Assembly (NCBI GenBank): GCA_001275005.1
Contig: JWZX01003236.1
Coordinates: 1 to 39,483, forward strand
Length of the DNA: 39,483 nucleotides
Origin: Chrysochromulina tobinii
Taxonomy: Eukaryota
Direction of reading: 5' to 3'
Each line of letters starts with the position of its first letter. Position 1 is the stretch's first letter. Positions 1-7,565 of this stretch are shown here, one piece after another. The notes beneath the pieces were generated by a model. It worked only from the letters and a program-made list of their open reading frames with translations, was not told the origin of the DNA and made no database searches. Both the position numbers and the translations under genes were made by a program.

Positions 1-205
1 CCGTGTGTGGAGCTCTGCGACGCGAAGAGGATCGCTCTGTATCGCTAATTGAGTGGGCGTGCGGCGGATGTACGCTGCTTCAGGCGCCAAGGGCGCTCCA
101 ATGCAGTATGTGTGGTAGGAACAGAGAATGTTATGATAGTACATGAGCCACATTCTGTAAGTACATGAGTATGCATGGTCGCATTTCAAACCAGGCGACA
201 TACCC

Positions 206-3200
206 TCACCTCGCTCGCAGAGTCTTGCTGAGCTCCAGACATGGGTAGCCGCAGCTTTCCTTGGTCTCCGTCGTTGTCTGCTCCGATTGGTAACCACGAC
301 GATGGTACAGTGATCGAGCACGCGTATTATTCGTATGCACGGTGAGGTAGCAGAGGCTGAGGCCCATGGTCCTCAAGTCGTCCTCGGCAGCAACCATTAG
401 TGCTGTCCCGACCCCTTTGCCTCGGAGAGACGCATGAACGTGCAGCTCGTGAATGTAGCCGGCAGGGCTTCCTGCGTACGATGCTTTGCCATAGGCGATG
501 AAGCCTAGCACAGACGACTGTCCTTGTGCAGCCGAAGGTGGACCACGGACCACCATCCACGTCTTTGTCTTCAGACCACTCAGCTTAAGGCGCATGTGGG
601 TCGGGCCGATCATGACCCCACACTCCTGCAATCCCTGATCGACGAGCAATTGGACGTCGCCTTTTAGTTCTTTGTCGCTCACAGCGCTCCCCAGTTCCTT
701 TGTAACGAGAGCTCCTGGGAGGTGCATCAGGACGTAACGTTGCAGCTCCATGACCGCGAGGTTCACAGCGTTGAGCGCGGGCGAGGGCAAGGGTGTTGTG
801 GCAGGGGGTTTAGTGGCAGCAGGCCGTTTTGCCGCGGCATGGTCTGCTGCCGCGCCATCTGCAGGCCTCTTGCCGCCTCCCTCCGCACGCATGGGCTCGC
901 CCTCGGGATCTGTGGCTCGGTGCACGTGATCCGTGGCTCGGTGAGGTGCACGTGGAGCAGCCTGTTGAGCTCCTGTCTGTTGATGTCTCCGATCGAGACC
1001 GTCGCCAAACTCCACAGGGTACTCCTCCTTCAGTAGCCGCAGCCTCCTCATGAAGTCCCCTTTGAGGCGCAAGGTGGTGTGCTTGGTCGCAACGGAGCTC
1101 TCCGTGAGCCACTGATCATCCACCTCCATCAAGAAGCTTTCAGACGGGACGTATTCCACCGAACGCTGCGATCCAAGCATGTAGTGGACGAAAGTAGGGT
1201 TGTCACTCCACGTGTTGCCGTCGCCAGTCTTGGCAAACCAGCGGGCTTCATGCTGGGACTCTTCAGTTCCGTCTCCGTTACCATTATGTGGCTTTCCAGC
1301 TTCAGCGAATCCGAGCTTGAAGCCACCTTCTGGGATGGCGAGCTGCATGAGATATAGTGAGTCCTTCTGGATTGGTTTGCTGCGGTTCTTCCCAGCAACC
1401 TCTGCAAAATCCTGGACCCATTGCTCATCCGAAACGTCTTTCAGGTGACGAGCCCTCTCCGTGTGCGATAGGTGCAGCCCTGTGACATTGTTAGCTTGTC
1501 GCGGGTCGCGCGGGCCGCCTCCTGCACGTGCCGAGTCTTCCGTTACTTCTGAAGCACGATGCGGCAGCCCTCTTTCCTCTCGAGCGGCTGCCGCTGCGAC
1601 GGGATCAGGCCAGGAGGCGGGTGGCTCGTCCACGAATGGGTCCCAGTATGTCAGAGGCCGATCAAACCGCCGCATGGCTTTGAGAATAGGTAGGAGCTGG
1701 ACCGGGCAGCCATGAAGTGTAATGCCGCTGTGCGTCACAGGCATGTCAGGCAACGCGCCTGCCCGCTGCCCAGCGTCATACGCAGTCTTCAAGGCGTTCC
1801 AATGCGCCACTGCCTTTTCAGTTAATTTCTCTGGCCCCTTGGCACGCTTTGAGACCAGGTCTTGGATGCTCTTGCTTGTGGAGTAAACAGATTTTGTGGA
1901 GGCAGCAGAGGAAGCAGATTTTGTGCCTCGTTCACCGTTTGCGTGCTCAGGCTTGTCCACTTCGTCGTCGTCGGCGTCCTTATCCATGTCTCTAAAGTTC
2001 TCCCGCTGTGGCTCTCGCATCATGATGCGAGGGGGGCACTCGATGAATGTCACACCAACATCATCCGTCACATTCCGGATCACGCCGTCACTCCCCTTGA
2101 CCTGGCGTAGTGGTCCCCACTCGCAGTCCAAGCCATCCTTCGATCTCTGACGAGATAGACGGTCTTTGTAGGTCACCTTGACGCATCCATGGGCCCAGGA
2201 GCTCGGGTCGTACTTGTACCTGAACACGTTGTCGTACGTAATGCCTGCAAGATGCCTTTTGACACCACAGTCCTTGAGCCAACTGTCAAAGTCCCAGTTA
2301 GCAAGCAAGTACTCGAGTTCGACTGTGCTGCTGCTGCTATCCGAGGTCGAAAATAGCGCGCGGAGGTGAGTCTCGAGCTCCTCGAAGCCATCGAGCCGTT
2401 GGCAACGCGCTGCCCCATCTATCTTGAAAAATTTCTTCATCATCGAGAAGAAGCGGTCGGCCATTTCGGTGTGAGAATGACCAGCGTCGAAGCGGAACCA
2501 CCAGAACTCGTCAAAGATGCCAAGCCACACAAGGAGCCAATGCACGACGTGAGTCACCACCGAAAGGTTGTCGGACCCCCCGTCTGTGTGCCGAAACATT
2601 ATCCTGCCGCCGTCGCCAGCAAATCGCCCGTTCTTGTACGCGCTATACAAGGTCATCACGAAGCACGTCAGCCCAAAATTGCTGCCTGTCCGAACATGCG
2701 CGGGCACGATCATGAAACGATTGCAACCCCCGTTTCCGACCACATGATTGCACTGGATCGCGAAGTCGAACTTAAACTTCGCGAGATCCTTCGTGTCGCG
2801 GCCCTCCGACGCCACGGGCAGCATCAGCCATTGGGATCCGCACTTGTCGTCACACTCGTAGCACGTGTCCCGTCCCATTCCTGAAGCATGATCCTTGAAC
2901 TTCAGTGCGACTGCCCTATCCGTCTGCCATTCATTCATGTGCGCCTTGAGGGCGTCGAGTGCCGAGTCCCTCCTCGTTTGGCTCGATCCTGCAGTGGTCA
3001 TCACGTCCAAGTATGCGGCCCGGAGTCGCTTGCACTCGTTGCATTCTGGAAAGTTGCTGTGCCGAGCGCTCCTTCGGACTCTGATTTTGGTGCTGTCCTC
3101 CAGAGGGGGGTCGAGTTTCTCTGCGAGGAGCTGTGCGCCAGGAATCATCTGCGCCTTCCAGGCTTTATATTTCAGGGGCTTGTAACCCGAATTTGCGGCG

Positions 3201-4459
3201 GCGGCCTTCCAATAATGCTGCTTGTGCAGGAAGTCCCAGTGAACTCCCTTGAATTGGATGGCAGTTTCGTTTGGCAGCCAATCATGAAGTATCAGCTCAT
3301 CTGCCCACCAAGTTCTAGCCCAGGCTGCCCTTCGAGTCTTGATCCCCGCACGCGCGGTGAAGGCGCGAAGCTCCACCTTTGCTAGGACTTCGCCTGATAA
3401 ACTCGTAGGGCCCAAGCCACGCTTGACAAGACTAACCTTCGATCGATGTGCAAAGCGAGAGCCGCCAACAGCCATCTCGAAAGCGCGGCTACACACAGGA
3501 TGTCGCGTTAATAACATCAACGGCGAGGGAAGCTTGCGTGTACTTCCCTCGCCGTCGGGCCCGAGACTTCTGCCCCCTCTAGACTTCGATATAGGTACAG
3601 CTTGATCCCAGTAAAGCCGATGGATATTCGTCAAGACATCAGCCAATTGAACTGTCTTGCCATTGCCATAAGTGTCCCGATGAATGGCACGCAGATCTTC
3701 CTTGTTGATACCGTCGAGGCATGAATTGTTCCCTTTGTTATCTGCACGCTTGCATCCACATTTGAAACCAGAAAAACCAGTCTCCACAAGCTTTGCGTGC
3801 TCTTCAGCACGCTGCCCCTCGGGCTTCTTCTTGCGACCCGCTGCAAACCTCTTGCTTCCATCTTGAGCTCCTGCTTTGGAACTTCCTGATGGTTGGGGTT
3901 CACCGTTCTCTTCATCGCGGACATCATCTTCATCTCCGTCTGATGTGGGCTGCTCGTAAGGATAGTCATAGTAGGTATCATCCTCGTTGTCAAAGTCGCC
4001 TTCGAATGCGTCTGATTCATCCGAGCTATCCTCATCCAACTCAGCCGCCAGTGCCTCAGCGTGGAGAATGGATTCGACGTCGCGAGCGTCGTCACTAGTG
4101 CGAAGAGCGGCGAGATCCGGAGTGAGCATCTTCGCCCGACGGACAGCGTCCATCTTCACTGGATCTTCAAGCATCACCACGGAGCGTGCTTGGCTCCTCG
4201 CTCCGAGCATCGGAGTGAATGCTGGTGTACGTACAGGGATTCGCTGAAGGTGCTCAATGGCCGCACGTTGTTGATCGGCCTGGTCAATGATATTGGATGG
4301 CATCGGCGTGAATGCCGGCGTGCACGCGCGACGCCTTCCAAGCGGTAATGCTCGACCCCCATCCTGTTGCTCTAGCGATGGGGTTGATGGTCCTGCAGCT
4401 TGTAGACTTTGATCGGTGACGAAATTGAAGGCGGATGTCGTACTGCGTTGCTTCCGCAT
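206..4459 (-). CDS. Putative DDD transposase (Sola/DUF7869-like) fused to a C-terminal GNAT acetyltransferase domain
   Basis: Long intronless ORF; first ATG at 4459 (the track's 4555 start is TTG). Motifs FPECNEC (CxxC), ECDDKCGSQWLMLP, HTDGGSDN and FDAGHSHTEMADRFFS match the order and pattern of the D..D..GHxHxxxD triad of Sola/DUF7869-type proteins. The C-terminus YIHELHVHASLRGKGVGTALM...LTVHTNNTRARSLYHRRGY contains GNAT motifs A and B. Confidence 0.72.
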   Translation of the reverse strand: MRKQRSTTSAFNFVTDQSLQAAGPSTPSLEQQDGGRALPLGRRRACTPAFTPMPSNIIDQADQQRAAIEHLQRIPVRTPAFTPMLGARSQARSVVMLEDPVKMDAVRRAKMLTPDLAALRTSDDARDVESILHAEALAAELDEDSSDESDAFEGDFDNEDDTYYDYPYEQPTSDGDEDDVRDEENGEPQPSGSSKAGAQDGSKRFAAGRKKKPEGQRAEEHAKLVETGFSGFKCGCKRADNKGNNSCLDGINKEDLRAIHRDTYGNGKTVQLADVLTNIHRLYWDQAVPISKSRGGRSLGPDGEGSTRKLPSPLMLLTRHPVCSRAFEMAVGGSRFAHRSKVSLVKRGLGPTSLSGEVLAKVELRAFTARAGIKTRRAAWARTWWADELILHDWLPNETAIQFKGVHWDFLHKQHYWKAAAANSGYKPLKYKAWKAQMIPGAQLLAEKLDPPLEDSTKIRVRRSARHSNFPECNECKRLRAAYLDVMTTAGSSQTRRDSALDALKAHMNEWQTDRAVALKFKDHASGMGRDTCYECDDKCGSQWLMLPVASEGRDTKDLAKFKFDFAIQCNHVVGNGGCNRFMIVPAHVRTGSNFGLTCFVMTLYSAYKNGRFAGDGGRIMFRHTDGGSDNLSVVTHVVHWLLVWLGIFDEFWWFRFDAGHSHTEMADRFFSMMKKFFKIDGAARCQRLDGFEELETHLRALFSTSDSSSSTVELEYLLANWDFDSWLKDCGVKRHLAGITYDNVFRYKYDPSSWAHGCVKVTYKDRLSRQRSKDGLDCEWGPLRQVKGSDGVIRNVTDDVGVTFIECPPRIMMREPQRENFRDMDKDADDDEVDKPEHANGERGTKSASSAASTKSVYSTSKSIQDLVSKRAKGPEKLTEKAVAHWNALKTAYDAGQRAGALPDMPVTHSGITLHGCPVQLLPILKAMRRFDRPLTYWDPFVDEPPASWPDPVAAAAAREERGLPHRASEVTEDSARAGGGPRDPRQANNVTGLHLSHTERARHLKDVSDEQWVQDFAEVAGKNRSKPIQKDSLYLMQLAIPEGGFKLGFAEAGKPHNGNGDGTEESQHEARWFAKTGDGNTWSDNPTFVHYMLGSQRSVEYVPSESFLMEVDDQWLTESSVATKHTTLRLKGDFMRRLRLLKEEYPVEFGDGLDRRHQQTGAQQAAPRAPHRATDHVHRATDPEGEPMRAEGGGKRPADGAAADHAAAKRPAATKPPATTPLPSPALNAVNLAVMELQRYVLMHLPGALVTKELGSAVSDKELKGDVQLLVDQGLQECGVMIGPTHMRLKLSGLKTKTWMVVRGPPSAAQGQSSVLGFIAYGKASYAGSPAGYIHELHVHASLRGKGVGTALMVAAEDDLRTMGLSLCYLTVHTNNTRARSLYHRRGYQSEQTTTETKESCGYPCLELSKTLRAR

Positions 4460-4819
4460 CGTTGCCGCTGTGACGCTCCTAGCTTGTGGACGCTGTGCGC
4501 CTTCAATACACGACACACACGTACCAAGACGCACGACGCCCTTGTCGCGAGACAATGCGCGATTATCGTTCGAAGTCGCACGACCCCCTTTTCTGCTTTT
4601 CTATTTCGGTTTTGAGGAAATTGCGGAAAAGTTTCGCCGGGGGGTTAGTAACGGTTTATAGGCATATGCACCAACACAACTGCCTCTCAATCCCGATTCG
4701 CGTGAGGACACGATAGAGGCTGACACGAGTTCCTTGTGTCGGAACACGACAGACGCGACAACCGGTGCTTGTGTGTTGTGTTGTGTTCCTAATGTGTATT
4801 TTCTGGGGCCCGAACGGTC

Positions 4820-4850
4820 CGCGTCTCTAGAGACGCGTGTGTACCGGTAC
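4820..4850. repeat. Perfect 18-bp palindrome CGCGTCTCTAGAGACGCG followed by a 10-bp palindrome GTACCGGTAC
   Basis: Read directly: 4820-4837 and 4841-4850 are each their own reverse complement. Confidence 0.9.
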
Positions 4851-5025
4851 GGTTCAAAAACAGTACCCCCCGGCTTGACTTGATACCACCTGATAAATTA
4901 CAAAAACCCGACTGACAGACTGAACCAAATTAGGTACAGATGTCCTCAAAAGGCAGCATGACTTCGATAACCGCTCGCGCGTTTTCTTTCTCGAGAGGAA
5001 CACGACTTCGCACAAACCCCTCGGG

Positions 5026-7329
5026 ATGAATACCATCGAAGGGCAGCAGTTTATCCGCGAACAAATCAATTGGGCACGCGCCGGCCGAGTCCCCGCACCG
5101 GTGCCCGTTTCTACGCCCGAAGCAGCCGTGCCGCACCGCAACAATGGCCTGTGCTTCTCCATCGCGTTTGGAGATGAAGAGCTCTTGTCGCGCACGATCA
5201 AGAGCGCGGAGTTTTCGATCGAAGTCGAGAACGACGGCCGGAAGATCTTTGCCTTCGGCACCGTCCTCAACCAAAAGTGGCTCGAGATGCCGCTGATCCA
5301 GGCGGTCGTGGTCCCTGCTCTCAAGGAGCTCAGCAAGGCCAACGGCCATAACATTGACTTCAATTTGCACGTGGCCATGTGCAAGGTCGACGGCAGGCTA
5401 CTCGAGAAGAATACCAAGGCGAAGGCGCTCAGCTGCGTCCGTAGCGCCCATGAGCCGACGGAGATCGTGCTCACGCTCGCCGACAGCACGGAGGTCAACA
5501 TGGCCAAGCTCGATGCCGCCGCGCGGCGTGCACCAAAGAAGGTACATTTCCCATTCTTGCCAGGGCTGCAGGGGGCCGCCAAGCGCGAAGCGCCGCCTCC
5601 TGCCAACAATCTGTCACCCGGCGTGCTGCCATCCGTCCCTACCAAACCAGAGAGAAGGGCCGAATCGCCTCCCACGCCGTCGGGCTGTAGCGTGTCTGAC
5701 CACAAGTCCGACGTCGTGCGCAAGATTGAGGCCATGGACGCCAAGCGGGTCGAGCGCCGCCGCCGCGCGGCCGAGGCCAAGTGCCGTCGTGAGGATGACA
5801 CCACGGCCGCCAAAGCCGCCGGCATGGGCATCGAGTGCGTCGACTTCCTGCGGCTGCTCGCAGCGTACCGTGGCGCCAACGGCCTCGGTGGCGAGCCCGA
5901 GCCATGCACCTTCGGCACCGACCTCTGGGCGTCCGAGGGCGGCTCCGCGGCTATCCGCGTGTGCGTCCGCAAGAGGCCAATGCTCAAGCTGGAGCGGATC
6001 GGGCACGACTTCGATGTGGTGGACCTCGTGCCGAGGGAGGCGACGGGCAGCGCGTGCAGCGTGGCGCTCGTGGTGCACGAGCCCAAGTCGCGCATCGACC
6101 TGACCAAGGCTGTCGACACGCATTCTTTCCGCTTCGACGGAGTCTTTGGTGAGGTTGACGGCAACGACCGAATCCATGATGCAGCCGTGCGCCCGCTCGT
6201 AGCGCACGTGGCGGCCGGCGGCGTGGCGACCGTCTTCGCCTTCGGCCAGACAGGCAGCGGAAAGACGTGCACGATGGCGGGCCATGGCCTCGCTAGCGCC
6301 ATGGATGGCAACGCGCTCGGGCTGTATGCTCTCGCCGCGGCGGATGTGATGAACGCCGCGTCGGGCGCGCATCGGAGCGTGAGTATCTCGTTCTTCGAGA
6401 TCTACGGCGGGCACGTGCTCGACTTGCTGAGCCAGCGCGAGCGGTGCGAGGTGCAGGAGGACGCACGCGGCCAGATGGTTATCGTTGGGCTCACCGAGTT
6501 GCCTAATCTGGGTAGCGCTGCCGAGCTACTGCATCACGTGGCGTTGGCGCAGCGGCTGCGGGCGGTTGGTTGCACCTCGGCGAATTCGAGCTCTTCGCGC
6601 TCGCATGCAATCCTCTCCATCGTGCTGCGCGAGCAGCCGGGCGGCCCTTGCCTGGGCAAGCTCAATTTGGTCGACCTCGCGGGCTCGGAGCGTGCTGCGG
6701 ACTCGACCTCCAAAGAGCGTCAGACGCGCCTTGAGGGCGCCGAGATCAACAAGAGCCTGCTCTGCCTCAAGGAGTGCATCCGTGCGCTCGATACGGGCAG
6801 CGGGCACGTGCCCTTCCGTGGCTCGAAGCTCACCATGGTGCTTCGCGACTCGTTCGTGGGCCGCGCAAAGACTCTCATGATTGCCACCGTCGCGCCCGGC
6901 GCGGCCGCTGCCGATCACACGCTGAACACGCTTCGATATGCGCAGCGGGTGCGTGACTTCTCGGTGAAGCGAGCCAAAGTGCCCGCGGTAGCGGCCAAGC
7001 CTGACGCTCCAGAAGGCCCCAGCCTACCGCCTGCTCTTGTGGCGCCCGGCCTTGGTCTTGTGCCTCTCATGCCTCCCGCGCAACCGCGGCTCAACCGACG
7101 GGTTTCTCATCAGGACGAACTTCGGGCGGATCACGCACGGCACAGAGAGGCGCTCAAGAGTTCGCCCCCGGTGAACCCGCCTCAGCGGCGCAAGCGGACC
7201 GTGGCGACACGGTCGCCGCCGGTCTCGGCGCCCGACCAGGCGCGCGATCTGAGGCTCGCGGAAACGGGCGAGATGATGGCCAATGATGTCGAAGATGGGG
7301 GCTTGCAGCATACCCGGAGTTCCTGGTGA
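5026..7329 (+). CDS. Kinesin-13 family (KIF2/KIF24/MCAK-like) internal-motor kinesin
   Basis: IRVCVRKRPM, P-loop GQTGSGKT, SFFEIYGG, switch I SSRSHAIL, switch II DLAGSER, kinesin-13 signature LKECIRALD, HVPFRGSKLT, HTLNTLRYA. Loop 2 reads HEPKSRIDLTK. Start position uncertain. Confidence 0.92.
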   Translation: MNTIEGQQFIREQINWARAGRVPAPVPVSTPEAAVPHRNNGLCFSIAFGDEELLSRTIKSAEFSIEVENDGRKIFAFGTVLNQKWLEMPLIQAVVVPALKELSKANGHNIDFNLHVAMCKVDGRLLEKNTKAKALSCVRSAHEPTEIVLTLADSTEVNMAKLDAAARRAPKKVHFPFLPGLQGAAKREAPPPANNLSPGVLPSVPTKPERRAESPPTPSGCSVSDHKSDVVRKIEAMDAKRVERRRRAAEAKCRREDDTTAAKAAGMGIECVDFLRLLAAYRGANGLGGEPEPCTFGTDLWASEGGSAAIRVCVRKRPMLKLERIGHDFDVVDLVPREATGSACSVALVVHEPKSRIDLTKAVDTHSFRFDGVFGEVDGNDRIHDAAVRPLVAHVAAGGVATVFAFGQTGSGKTCTMAGHGLASAMDGNALGLYALAAADVMNAASGAHRSVSISFFEIYGGHVLDLLSQRERCEVQEDARGQMVIVGLTELPNLGSAAELLHHVALAQRLRAVGCTSANSSSSRSHAILSIVLREQPGGPCLGKLNLVDLAGSERAADSTSKERQTRLEGAEINKSLLCLKECIRALDTGSGHVPFRGSKLTMVLRDSFVGRAKTLMIATVAPGAAAADHTLNTLRYAQRVRDFSVKRAKVPAVAAKPDAPEGPSLPPALVAPGLGLVPLMPPAQPRLNRRVSHQDELRADHARHREALKSSPPVNPPQRRKRTVATRSPPVSAPDQARDLRLAETGEMMANDVEDGGLQHTRSSW

Positions 7330-7565
7330 AGGAGACGTCCTGGGGAGGTGAAAAGGTCAGCTCTGACGGTTTCGTCTGCAACTAGCGCCGGAACCGATGC
7401 GAAGATGTGTTCAAATTCGGCTGCGCACCGGCGTGCCACTTTTGCGCCCCTCCTAGCGGGTATACACGCGCGGGTTTCACACCGTGCGTCGAGAGGTACA
7501 TGGAGGTATTAACAGCATTTGGCCCATTCACACTCGAGATCGGTCCGTGCGAGCGTCCGCCGCAC

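Larger units (their letters stand above)
1..4860 (-). mobile_element. Probable DNA transposon body; boundaries unresolved and the other end may lie outside the window
   Basis: Contains the transposase-like ORF. By eye it is less GC-rich than the flanking host genes. An AT-richer, palindrome-containing stretch lies upstream (4590-4860). No TIR pair was identified. Confidence 0.4.

Noticed and set aside
1..205. Terminal inverted repeat matching the 4600-5000 region
   Set aside because: No convincing inverted match found by eye; the element end may be outside the window.
4460..4555. TTG/GTG starts in the ORF track (also 7407, 15542, 16062, 27579)
   Set aside because: The sequence is eukaryotic, so the first plausible ATG was used instead.
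4820..4850. Helitron 3' end (hairpin plus CTAG)
   Set aside because: The CTAG is the centre of the palindrome rather than downstream of it, and no Rep/helicase gene is adjacent.
4854..6311. 485-aa antisense ORF, and many similar long overlapping ORFs (e.g. 16998-18428, 19460-21022, 35322-36719)
   Set aside because: Shadow ORFs opposite recognisable genes in GC-rich DNA; Arg/Ala/Pro-rich with no motifs.
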